From: Schizochytrium sp. TIO01
Taxonomy: Eukaryota; Protista; Bigyra: Labyrinthulomycetes
NCBI GenBank assembly: GCA_004764695.1
Contig: SMSO01000014.1
Coordinates: 6,996,029 to 7,060,028 of the forward strand
Length of the DNA stretch: 64,000 nucleotides
Reading direction: 5' to 3'
The notes beneath the pieces are model-generated. The model was not told where the DNA came from and made no database searches. It worked only from the letters and a program-made list of their open reading frames with translations. The position numbers and the translations under genes were made by a program. Each line of letters opens with the position of its first letter. The first letter of the stretch is position 1. Shown here piece after piece: positions 1 through 10,558 of the stretch.

Positions 1-90
1 TATTATTATTATATTATTATTATTATTATTATTTATTATTATTATTATTATTTATTATTATATATTTATTATTATATATTATTATTATTA

Positions 91-188
<98 letters not shown>
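1..188. repeat. Compound microsatellite: imperfect (TAT)n followed by (TAG)12
   Basis: About 150 bp of imperfect TAT/ATT repeats (1-152) run directly into 12 TAG units (153-188); the array continues past the window start. Confidence 0.97.
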
Positions 189-316
189 ATACCTACCATA
201 ATACTTTTTAAAGTCGGTAAGAAAGCTCTATTGCTAAATAGCCATGGAATTGGTATCGCTTTACTAAGTCGAAAGAAGAAAGAAGAAAGAAGGAAGGAGG
301 GAGAATAAGCGCAAGG

Positions 317-361
317 AGGAGTACGAGAAGGAGTACGAGAAGGAGTACGAGAAGGAGTACG
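317..361. repeat. 12-bp tandem repeat (AGGAGTACGAGA) x3.75 upstream of the PP2C start
   Basis: Exact copies at 317-328, 329-340 and 341-352, plus a partial copy at 353-361. Confidence 0.9.
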
Positions 362-434
362 GCAACGAGTGTGTGCGTGCTTCAACGCAAGCAGATAGGA
401 AAAGAAGACAAGCAGACCAGGGAAGAAGGCAGCC

Positions 435-1679
435 ATGGGGGGAAGATCCAGCACAGCGTCGAAGGGCGCTGACGGAGCTGAGAAGAACGGTTCGTCACGC
501 GAGGCGCAGAACTTGGCACTCAGCAAGCCTTGGGAAGAGGTGATGAAGAATGGTCTCGGTGTAACAAAGAAGAAAGGCTCTTCTTATTTCGATGTTCATG
601 AAGCACTCTCGGATGATAGTGATATGTCATCGGAAAGTATAAAGCCATCAGAGCCAACACGTGTATATTTTGCATGCACTGTGCAAGGATTCCGCAAAGA
701 TCAGGACCGCTTCGTTTGCATTCCCCAACTACTCGATTCACCTTCTGTTCTCTTTTGTGGCATCTTCGATGGCCATGGTCGTGATGGCGATATCGTTGCT
801 GAGTCTGTTGCAGTGTTCCTTCCTCAGACTCTTCGTGAGGAACTGGGCAAGAGAATCCAAACCTCGAGCTCTACCTCTGGAAACACTTCGCGCTCTCAAT
901 CAATTAGTACTAAATCTGTGCACGAAGCTATTGAGACTGCCTTTGAGATCACGCAAAAGTCTCTTGATTCGCAGTATGAAGAGGAGGTTGTAATACCGAC
1001 CATGAAGCTGAAAAAGGAAATCGAAGAACAGCAGAAAACAGACCTTGGTCGCGTGTCGTTGCCGCTTGGGAGTGGCACAACAGCTACCATCATGCTCATT
1101 TCAGAGAGACTTTTGTATGTAGCGAATGTTGGCGATTCGCGTGCCATCCTCTGCCGCAAACACCCCTCTAACGCCGACCAGCTGGTGGTAGAAGACCTAA
1201 CTAAAGATCAGAATGTCATTGCATCAGATGATGCTGAGAAAGAGCGAATTGAAGATGCTGGAGGAACAATTTTCAACCGCCATGTCGCAGGAGACTTTGT
1301 CGATGGCATGCTTCAACTGACACGTTCACTTGGTGATGTTCCTCTGCACCGTCAAAATATTGTCTTGCACAAACCAGAAATTAAATCGATTCCTGTCGAT
1401 GCTAGCATGATGTTTGTGTTAACAGCCTCAGACGGTTTGTGGGACAACTTTACCTCCGAAGATGCAGCTAAATTTGTAAAGGAAAGCGTTGTCAAACATA
1501 CATCAGGCGCAGAAAACTCTCTGGAGAGTGAAACCTTGCGAGACATCTTTACCACAGTATCTGAGGAACTCGAAAACGAAGCGGCGGCTCGTGCTTCTAA
1601 AGCCGGAAGGCAGTCAGATGACATTTCGGTGTTCATCTTAAGTGTTTCTCGTTGGTGGGGCGAAGCAAATCAGTCATAA
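435..1679 (+). CDS. PP2C/PPM-family Ser/Thr protein phosphatase, probably N-myristoylated
   Basis: 414-aa ATG ORF with the PPM motifs FDGHG, GTTA, ANVGDSRA, TRSLGD, ASDGLWD and DDISV; the N-terminus MGGRSS fits MGxxxS. Confidence 0.95.
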   Translation: MGGRSSTASKGADGAEKNGSSREAQNLALSKPWEEVMKNGLGVTKKKGSSYFDVHEALSDDSDMSSESIKPSEPTRVYFACTVQGFRKDQDRFVCIPQLLDSPSVLFCGIFDGHGRDGDIVAESVAVFLPQTLREELGKRIQTSSSTSGNTSRSQSISTKSVHEAIETAFEITQKSLDSQYEEEVVIPTMKLKKEIEEQQKTDLGRVSLPLGSGTTATIMLISERLLYVANVGDSRAILCRKHPSNADQLVVEDLTKDQNVIASDDAEKERIEDAGGTIFNRHVAGDFVDGMLQLTRSLGDVPLHRQNIVLHKPEIKSIPVDASMMFVLTASDGLWDNFTSEDAAKFVKESVVKHTSGAENSLESETLRDIFTTVSEELENEAAARASKAGRQSDDISVFILSVSRWWGEANQS

Positions 1680-2389
1680 GCACATCGGTTATTTGGATGT
1701 TATTAAAGCAGTCTCTTCAATTTCAAGATCCTTTTTACCAAATCCCAGCTCGCGAAGTGTATCGACAAATTCTGCGGTATAAGTAGAAGTGCTTGTTGGT
1801 GTTTTGTGGGATTCTTGACCGATGCTTTTGTCTTGAATAATGCAGTGTAATTTCATTTGTGTATCTAACACAAGATTGAACAAAATTGAAAAACCTAAAT
1901 AAAACTTTACACAAAACATATATATTCTTGAAAATGTATGGTAAAAGATACTACAGAGTATCGCACTCATATTTGACCTGAATTAATTTTATGTTCAACA
2001 GGGTTCTGAATGTTATGTTCTAGAGGAGTTCAGCAAAATATTGCACGTATTGCCGAACTGCGGCCATTGACAATTAACATTTCAGGTTCAAGTTCCACTT
2101 CACTGTGCCTAGCACTCATGTTGTTATTTTCAAGTAATATTGATGATATTTCTGAACAATTCCAAAGTATACCATAGCTCATTCATGAACCCTAGAATAG
2201 GTTGCTTTCATTGACCACGTTCCTTGGGGAAATGTAATCGATTAGTTTATTTGGTTGAAAGAGTAATGCGCTACGAGGTAATTCTATAAAAGTCTAATTC
2301 ACACGATAATCAGACCGGGCTGCACTAAGCTAGACTGGATTAATTAAGTGATGTTGTCTGCAAGGATAAACCCCACGGGATATCCTTAT

Positions 2390-4093
2390 TCAATCGGAAA
2401 AGCGCAGCTCACCATATTCCTCTTCCTCCTCCAAGTCTCCAACGCCACCTGTTAGGTCATCTTGAGTAACATCCGGCATTGCCGGGGCATCGAACAAATC
2501 TTTGGTTTGCGAAAAGCGAAGTAAAGTCACTAATGCACCACTTCCACTGCAAACAATATTGGATACAACACAAGCTGCAAACATTGGAGCTGCATTGCTC
2601 TCGCCGATTTCAAGCATGCCCATAACTGTTACTAAATGAGTGATCGGGATAGGGAATAGTGCTGCGGGTAGTGAGCTGATGAAGCAAGATAGGAATAGAA
2701 GAAGCGGTAGCCCAGTGCTTTCTCCTACAAGCAAGTGCATCGCAAGACCCATGCATGCTCCTACAAAGTATAATGGGAAAACAATACCACCAACAAAGCC
2801 ACTTCCAACGCTAATAGCTACGCACATAATTTTTCCTGCAACAGAAAGCGCCAAAATGAGTACGCTGACCTCATGAGATCGTGCGTGAGCAATTACACTA
2901 AGAAGCTGCGAGTTCCCGCTACCCAGGCTTAATGGTACAAAGATGGAAATTGTTCCTATGAGAATCCCGCCAACGGTAGGCGAAAGTACCGTGTGTAGGG
3001 GAGCTGGGATATAGCGGCGAAACCAACGAAAAATTTGTGATGAAAGACCAGTCGCAATCGCCATCATGAGACCTACGACTCCAGAAATTAGACCAATCGC
3101 CGCGCCCCAGAGCAAATGGTATGACTCAAATTCATATGGAGCTAATTCATGGCCAATGGGCACGAATGGCAAGTAAGATCGATGTGAAAGATGATTATTC
3201 ACTGTGTAGGCAGCTAACACAGCAGTTCCCATTTCTGCAAAATATCGCAAGTAATATGCTTGGAGCTCATCTGCAGGGCCTAGCTCACCAATAAGAACCA
3301 TCGGGGTGACAGGGGTCGGGAAGAGGCATCCTAGAGCAGCACCAATGCCGTGCAAGCAGGTGCGTCGAACGTGATCATCATCAAACCGACGTAACTCTGC
3401 CATGACTTGAGCTACCGCACCTCCAACTGAGCCAAGTACTGCGGAAGGCCCGAGAGCAGCCCCACCTGAAACAGAAAGGATTGAGACAAGAACAATTTTT
3501 AGCATGTTTTCAGGATTCACATACTCTTGATTAATTTGTTTGAACAGACCATCGTAACTATCCTCGAAATTTAGTGCAAGCTTCAAGAGGCCAACTACAA
3601 AACCGGTTCCACCAATAATAACTATCCACATGGGTTTGCCGCTCATAAACTGAACTGTAGCAGGCTTGCCTGGGTAGTCTTCTCCAGTCCACAACACCGG
3701 AAACTCACGCATAGGCCAAATGAGTAATGCGCAGAGTAGCCCAACAATTATGCCAACAACCACAGATGAAGATAAATCAAGGAAAAAGTCCCATTCTCTT
3801 GCATATGAACTACACATAGGACATCGTTTACCTAATCCATGGGCCGTGCATTCAAACGCTTTGTTTTCTTTGCGTGCTGTGAATACCCGGTCCGAGAGGA
3901 TTCCACGGTGGCTTTCTCCCCGTTCCAGTATTGGCCGTCGGCTCTCATCATTACGTTCACCAAAGCTCAGCAGTGGTGATAGCAAATCACCACTATCTTC
4001 TTCACGCCTCTCATCGCTGTTGCTGCTATTTGCAGACGACGGTGGCGAGGACATCTCTGCGTCCACTTCTGTTTCGCGAGCACGATGCTCCAT
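2390..4093 (-). CDS. ClC-family chloride channel/transporter, bacterial YfeO-like type, no CBS domains
   Basis: Many hydrophobic helices with ClC-like motifs GGAALGPSA, GIGAALGCLFPTP, PTVGGILIG, LGSG, KIMCVAIS.GSGFVGGIVFP. First ATG is at 4093; the ORF track starts at GTG 4111. Confidence 0.88.
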   Translation of the reverse strand: MEHRARETEVDAEMSSPPSSANSSNSDERREEDSGDLLSPLLSFGERNDESRRPILERGESHRGILSDRVFTARKENKAFECTAHGLGKRCPMCSSYAREWDFFLDLSSSVVVGIIVGLLCALLIWPMREFPVLWTGEDYPGKPATVQFMSGKPMWIVIIGGTGFVVGLLKLALNFEDSYDGLFKQINQEYVNPENMLKIVLVSILSVSGGAALGPSAVLGSVGGAVAQVMAELRRFDDDHVRRTCLHGIGAALGCLFPTPVTPMVLIGELGPADELQAYYLRYFAEMGTAVLAAYTVNNHLSHRSYLPFVPIGHELAPYEFESYHLLWGAAIGLISGVVGLMMAIATGLSSQIFRWFRRYIPAPLHTVLSPTVGGILIGTISIFVPLSLGSGNSQLLSVIAHARSHEVSVLILALSVAGKIMCVAISVGSGFVGGIVFPLYFVGACMGLAMHLLVGESTGLPLLLFLSCFISSLPAALFPIPITHLVTVMGMLEIGESNAAPMFAACVVSNIVCSGSGALVTLLRFSQTKDLFDAPAMPDVTQDDLTGGVGDLEEEEEYGELRFSD

Positions 4094-6661
4094 GACTGAA
4101 CTGAGCCTCACAACCTTTGACGCTTAGCCGTTTGCACTGTTACGTATTGGTGAGCGACGTTTAGCCCCTGACATGAACAGGAAGCTTACAATGCAAGCGT
4201 CTTCAACCTGGCGACTTGTCATCGGGGATTGCAGTGACTGGACTCACGTTATCGTGATACCTTCAGATGATTGTTTGTATTGAAGCTTACGCCATCATTA
4301 TGGTATTCTTCCTTTCGTATCAACTATTTCTGGGGAGAATCGTTATGAACTGTATAGCCAAAGATACTACTTGTAGAGCTAAGGAAGTACACAGTTTGAC
4401 GCACATGAGCTAATGCTCATGGCCCTCAAACATAAATAATGTGGGTCGTGATTTATTCAGAAGATGCTTGCCTAAAAGGATAATCATTATCAATTACCTT
4501 GGGTATGAAAAAGAAAAAGATAAACATAAACTTTAATTTGGGCGACTAATCATGCTAAATATTTGTCTTAGAGGCGGAAACAACATACAACCAGTTCTTT
4601 GAATAACTCATTAGCAATAGCGAATGTTGAAAGCAGGCTACTTGTAAAGATGAGGGCTGGGAGATGACTCTTGGAGAAGTTGGCAACCTTCAAGTTATTA
4701 GTTACCAATCTGCTAAGCTAATAATTGAATTTTTAGCCGAGCTAAGGAGCATTGCACAAGACTACCTGAGCTCAAAGTATAAGGCCTTAAAACGATCATG
4801 CCAAGTTAAATAACATTTTTTCAGGCTTTAGATTGCTGCAATTAATCAAATGCTAAAATATAATTTCTGTCAAAGTGATCTAGGTATTGGCCATCACTTG
4901 TAAGAATAAATCTATATTTATAGGTAGAACTATGCGTTCTTAGACCTGCATATGTTTGTTCTGAAAGATGAATCTAGTCAGCTATGACTATGAAAATGAA
5001 GTCAAGAAGCTTAAGGAAGGCTTGATAAACTTTAGCTTGAAGAGATAGCTATCTTCTGTCTCTGAAATAAATTATAGGACAAACTGATTATGTGATTATT
5101 GGAGGATTGAGACAGACTCGATCTGTACTAAACACAATTAAAGAGGTTGGGGTTGTCTCTTTACCCATCAACTCAGATTTCAGCATACCTAGTTCTAGTG
5201 ATTGCGTATTCTACTCCCAGTTCTCGCCTATCCTGAGTTCACGAACATGCAACTGCATGTTTAGATCTAACTCCTAAACTATTGAGGGCTTACAGAAGGA
5301 CACCTAGCAATGCCTTGGTTACAGGTTCCTTCACTTGAAGATCTCCAAAGTCTGCTAAGAACTCTTGCTGCTTCTGAGTTGATTGCATCATTTATGAATA
5401 TCAACCATAGATGATTGCTCCCAAGGAGAATCGAAAGACCTGCTTCTGCTACCTGAATTCTCTCAAAAGACGCGAATTTGTTCAAAAATAAGGAAAGAAA
5501 ACCCATTTGCAAAGTAACTGCATTGAATTTTTATCTTTTTTCTATTTCTCGAGAACGAAGCTGTAGAGATCTATGACATACGACTCTAAATGGTTTAATT
5601 TCATTAAATAGACTAAATAAATGTAACAAAACAATTTCGCATCATAAAACCTAGTATCCAACACTTCTCTTATTTTCACACCATATTCGCCCTTTTTAGG
5701 GGTTAATCACTTAGATAAGCACAGTAGACCCTCTAGATTTGGGCTAAACTAAGGTATTTTCAATAATTTCTACAGTTGAAAAGGTGATAAAGATTATGAA
5801 CAGCCAGCTTCCCGAGCTTAGCTTATAGTAAAAATCTTCGTAACTACTGATAGTTTATGCTTAAAAACTAGAAGTTGGATGAATAAAGATCTAATTAATA
5901 GACGAAGTAAGTGTAACGCGAACAGTCGCGAATGGAGATCTTACTTGATAAGAACAAAGACCACAAGCCACAAGTAGCTTTGGCATGCGAGTTCGCGATT
6001 TGGTAACCTTGGTAAAGTAGTCAATCACTTTTACTCATTACAGTTAACGTATTTATACACAAAAGATTATAGGGTTTACTCAGGAGGTTCTACAGATTAC
6101 CAACCATATATTTAGTTTTGCTTATACATAATTAAGGGAGCTCTTGAGAGTTGATTCGCACTTCTGACTTGATGGTTTAAACCCCCTATGCCACCTATTT
6201 CATATTGTATCACAAAGGCCAAAGATCTTCTGATGGATATCTTTGAACTCTAGCAGCATTAGAACGTTTTCTCGTTCGGATTATCAACATCAGTAACAAT
6301 CGCTGCAGCAATTCACAAACAAATTTGAAGAATAATTTCTGAATTTACATCCTCAAACATATGAATGGACGGCATGAAACATCGATCAGAAACCACACCA
6401 TGTCCTTCAACTCTGGATAACTCGTGACCTTTCATTTGCTACTATGACAATTTTACACATCGTGGAGTACACGACATCGTGAAGAATTAGGTTAGGGACA
6501 CTTCTATTATGTCCACACAGGAGTTAGGCTAGGCTATCTTAGGAGTCTATTAAGACCTACTGTAACCTATAGCGAACCGTTAAATTTTAAATATATCTAG
6601 TAGTAGTTGTTCTTCAGGCAATGGCAAGACGCAAAGGACAAACCAGAGGTTGATGGACTAG

Positions 6662-7525
6662 ATGCAAAGACAAATGACAAGCCAACTGGTGTATTTAGAG
6701 CCTGATACAAAGGTACGATGCTCGAACTGTACTGCGCCAATCAAACCTTGGAGACCCAGGATGAATACACGAGAGTGTTGCCAACCCGGTGCCGCTCACG
6801 ATGCAGAACTTCGACGTCGACACAATTATCCAGCGCTAAAGGCTCAACGAAAAACAATCGAGAATTGTGAGCGATTTATGCAAACTGGGGTATGCATTAA
6901 CATCACAAATCTTGGTTGGTGCCGGTTTCATCATCCTCCAGTCGATCAAGTTGTACATTTAGAATTCGAAGGCCCTCGCAGATGCCGCATCTGCACTCTC
7001 CCTTTACCCTGTAATGTGCATTTTCCAGAAATTGGCGCAAAAATTACTGATCTTAAATTTCTACAAGCTCGTGAGCAGGAAGCTCTAGAACAAGAAGAAA
7101 ATGATTTTCAACATCAGCAGGGTTCGCAAGAACTCATCGAGCAACAAGTGAATGAGGATGAAGTCCTAAAAGGTGGTGAAAGTAATGGTCGCCTCGACCA
7201 AGAAGGATCTCGTACGGGAAGTAACCAAACGGATCCAAACACCTCCGCACGAAACAAATTGAAATCTAAGAAATTGTCTTTGAGAGGGAAAAGTAAGAAA
7301 GCGTCAAGAGTTCAATCGTATGTATACCAAATCAATGAGGTTGTTGCAGTGTTCCATCAGGATGCCTGGCGTTTTGCCTATTTGTTGGATGAGAACAAAG
7401 GCACAGGGATGGTAACCCTTTCTTTGAAAAGTCGCGCTAAGCCGCCACGTAACACAGTTCTTCTCAACAGAAATAAAATTCGAGCAGTATATGGAACAAT
7501 ATTTGACCCTGATAATTTACCATAG
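6662..7525 (+). CDS. Uncharacterised Cys/His-rich protein: CCCH-like zinc finger, CxICTLPLPCxxH motif, possible C-terminal Tudor/SH3-like barrel
   Basis: 287-aa ATG ORF with CSNC; C-x8-C-x8-C-x3-H (CERFMQTGVC...WCRFHH); RCRICTLPLPCNVH; a basic NLS-like tract; and a beta-rich C-terminus (YQINEVVAVFHQDAWRFAYLL). Confidence 0.75.
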   Translation: MQRQMTSQLVYLEPDTKVRCSNCTAPIKPWRPRMNTRECCQPGAAHDAELRRRHNYPALKAQRKTIENCERFMQTGVCINITNLGWCRFHHPPVDQVVHLEFEGPRRCRICTLPLPCNVHFPEIGAKITDLKFLQAREQEALEQEENDFQHQQGSQELIEQQVNEDEVLKGGESNGRLDQEGSRTGSNQTDPNTSARNKLKSKKLSLRGKSKKASRVQSYVYQINEVVAVFHQDAWRFAYLLDENKGTGMVTLSLKSRAKPPRNTVLLNRNKIRAVYGTIFDPDNLP

Positions 7526-8704
7526 CTTTAGCATAGTTCTATCATAGCAAAACTAGCTACAGCTCTTTAAATCGAGAGTATGCTTGGTGGATACCGATAA
7601 ATAAAATTGCAGCCGCTCCTTTGCTTAGTTTTGAACAGTATTCCCAAAGCAAAAGACCACACCAACTTGAGAGTTGAAATTGGGGGGGAAACGTTTGGTT
7701 ACTCAGTTTTTCAGACGACAAGTCTGGCCCATGCGCCTTATATTTTATTTTCCTTATAGCATGCTGGTACTCTCTACTCAAATAAATATCAAAATCACTT
7801 CAGCTTTGTGTCTTAATGGGTGAACGCTCAAGATTTGCGTGGGCGTATTCTATGCCCATAACTTTTCCCTTCTTTTCCTGTGTTTGGTTATCTGGCTACC
7901 AGGGTGTCCTCTTCTTCATCAGAGTTGCCACATTGATAAAGTTAAGCAGCTTCTCCACACAATTCCGTCACATCCGTTGTTGCAGAATCATAGAATTAGA
8001 CTTGTCATCTTTATCTTCATGCTATTCCTTTTCCGTAATCTCTCGGGTCAACGCAATAATTCTGTATTTTTTTCCCATCGCTGCCTGCTATATTGTAGCA
8101 CCTACTAGTCCCAGTGGCGGTTGTCTGTTCCACATGTTCTTAAAGAGGTCCACTTTAAAACTCTGCATAACCCACTTGTTGAAGAGTAGATGAGTGTTGA
8201 ATAGGCTGTTAGTGCCTACCTACCAGTGCCACTAGTAGTACTGACACTTGAATATCGGTTTTGCATTGGAGTGCCTAAGTTTATGGTAGGCAGTTGTAGC
8301 TCAATGTTGTTCCTAGAGAGGATTTTATCTCTTCTTTGAAAAGCGGTTTGAACATACAGACCGCCAACGCCTTGGGCAAAGTCCGTGGGCGCCACTGCTG
8401 CTTGTGCTGCTCTCAATCTGTTTGAAGCGGGGAGGCGGTAGCTTCCGAGGGCGGAACTCGGAGCTGCTGCCACAGAGGAACACTTGCAGAGGAGCAAAGT
8501 CTCTGTCTCGGTCGATTTGGAGTTCAACTCTGTGGGTATCGTGCCTTTTCATACAGTTCTTTTCCCTTGCTGTATCTGACACTTGCGATATTTGCAGTCT
8601 CTATCAGGTTGTTGTCGCTGTTTTGCTCTCTTAGCTCTAGTTTTTTTCTACTGTTGTTGTATTACCCCTTCTCCTTCTTGTGCTGATTTTGAGCTGTTGG
8701 CAGT

Positions 8705-10558
8705 ATGGAGCAGGAAGCTGTTGCGTTGGCAAGGACCTTCACTGGGCAAGCAAGCCCAGTGAACTGCGTGGCGTTCATGCCAGGCATGAAACAGGCAATG
8801 TCAGGATCGCAGGATGGGTCTGTGATGATATGGAATTTCAAGCCACAGCAACGTGCGTACCGTCTTCGAGGTCATAAAGGTGCTGTTACGGGCTTGGCGG
8901 TAGCTTCTGATGAGTCATTTTTTGTGTCTGGTTCTGCAGACCATTCAGTGCGCCTATGGAAGCCGTCCGTACAAGGTTCTGGTCAGAGTTTTCGTGCACA
9001 CTCAGGCACAATCTCAAGCGTGTGCTTATCGGAGGACAACCGGACACTGCTGACTGGGTCTGCAGACAAGATGATCAAATTGTGGGACCTCGCCACCTTT
9101 CAGGGAGGAAGGCCCAAATTCCTATGGTGTATTCATGGTCACAGAAACTGGGTCCGTGATGCTCAGCTGGGGCGTGGAGGGGAATTGGCAGTCTCAGCTA
9201 GTGATGACAAAATGGTCAAGGTCTGGGATACTGCCACCAGCAAGGAGGTCGTTAGTTTTGACGGGCATACAGCAGCTGTGCACGCAGCTCGCTTTGACCC
9301 CTTGAACGGGCTATGTGTGGCCTCGGCAGGCGAGGATGCAAGCCTTAACATCTGGGATGTGCGTTCCGGGAAGGTGATTCAACATTATGGTCTTCAGCAA
9401 CCCTCTAAGGTAAAAACATTGTGCTTTCATCCCTCTGGAGCCTATCTGGTCTCAGGAGGCTCCGACGCTGCTCTGCGAGTGTGGGATCTGCGGGAGGGGC
9501 GGCTGTTATACACTGTGCGTGCTCATGGAAAGGATGTGAACGCGTGCACGTTCTCGCACGACGGCTCGCACTTTCTTACAGGGTCTTCAGACCAGATGGT
9601 TCTCGCTTGGAAATGTGACGGTCTCAATGAGCAAGCCATCACAGCACCTGCACCAGAGCTTGTATCGGCCGCTCTTGCAAACGAGCGTTCCCGCAAACGA
9701 CGCCATTCGAAGAGGCGGTCATCAAAGGTTTCACTAGAGGATCCCATGGACAAGCCTGAAGAAAGACGAAGCACGAAGGATACAATGCCAATAGAAACTA
9801 CCTCCTCTCGCCGGCGCGGCGAATCTGGCGGCAGCAGTAGCCGACACCGTCATCACCACCATCATCGCCATGCGCAAAGTAGCACTGGTGTTGGGAGCAG
9901 TACCGAAATCATGAACCGTCAGCACCCAAGATTAGAGGAGACAGCACGTGTTGATGAGGAAGAGGTGAAGTTTTCTAGCTCTGGGGAGCGAAGGCGACGA
10001 TCATCCTCTTCTACGCTGAAAAGTCACCATCGAAAGGAGGGAAGCAACAGCACAAGCAGTCTTCACAGTAACAGCAAATACCGTTCGCGCAGTCAGCACG
10101 ACTTAGAGAAAGAAAGCTTAGCTGCAGAAGCAGCAGCAAGAGCAACTCTACTTGAAACCTTGGACGAAGTCACTGGAAGAAATGATAAGGCGCTTGAGCC
10201 AGCCTATTCTAGCGAGCATCGCGGCTCGCTTATTGAAACCCGCGAGCAGACAAATGCATCTTTACCGCCGCCTTCACCTAGCTATTTGACCCAGCCAATT
10301 GGAGATATGACCCGGCAAGCTGCTCAAGCGGCGCTGCGGAACCGTAAACCATCGACCTTGCATCCGCCTGCGCCACCGTTACCATCGCGTAAGCCTCCTC
10401 ATCGGCCACCGCCGCCTGCTCCATCATCAGAGGTAAGTTCAACATCGAGCGCAGCAGTTCCCTTGCAAAGTCTAGCTCGGGCACTTCAAAATGTTGAAGC
10501 TCGTCTCCGTCTTAACGAGGAAGCTGTTGCGGGCTTACAGCTTGGGGAAAAAGTTTGA
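8705..10558 (+). CDS. POC1: POC1 centriolar/basal body WD40 protein
   Basis: Seven N-terminal WD40 repeats with POC1-like wording (IWNFKPQQRAYRLRGHKGAV; GHRNWVR; WDLREGRLLYT), a disordered linker, and a C-terminal Poc1 coiled coil (LARALQNVEARLRLNEEAV). Confidence 0.9.
   Translation: MEQEAVALARTFTGQASPVNCVAFMPGMKQAMSGSQDGSVMIWNFKPQQRAYRLRGHKGAVTGLAVASDESFFVSGSADHSVRLWKPSVQGSGQSFRAHSGTISSVCLSEDNRTLLTGSADKMIKLWDLATFQGGRPKFLWCIHGHRNWVRDAQLGRGGELAVSASDDKMVKVWDTATSKEVVSFDGHTAAVHAARFDPLNGLCVASAGEDASLNIWDVRSGKVIQHYGLQQPSKVKTLCFHPSGAYLVSGGSDAALRVWDLREGRLLYTVRAHGKDVNACTFSHDGSHFLTGSSDQMVLAWKCDGLNEQAITAPAPELVSAALANERSRKRRHSKRRSSKVSLEDPMDKPEERRSTKDTMPIETTSSRRRGESGGSSSRHRHHHHHRHAQSSTGVGSSTEIMNRQHPRLEETARVDEEEVKFSSSGERRRRSSSSTLKSHHRKEGSNSTSSLHSNSKYRSRSQHDLEKESLAAEAAARATLLETLDEVTGRNDKALEPAYSSEHRGSLIETREQTNASLPPPSPSYLTQPIGDMTRQAAQAALRNRKPSTLHPPAPPLPSRKPPHRPPPPAPSSEVSSTSSAAVPLQSLARALQNVEARLRLNEEAVAGLQLGEKV

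Noticed and set aside
317-361. Short direct repeats as a possible CRISPR array
   Set aside because: The units are contiguous 12-mers with no spacers, there are no cas genes, and the context is eukaryotic.
152-526. 124-aa minus-strand ORF with RTPS repeats and poly-Tyr
   Set aside because: It is a translation of the microsatellite and 12-bp repeat, antisense to the PP2C 5' region.
6487-6545. TTAGG-like words as an interstitial telomere or telomerase template
   Set aside because: Only two tandem units plus scattered variants; compatible with chance.
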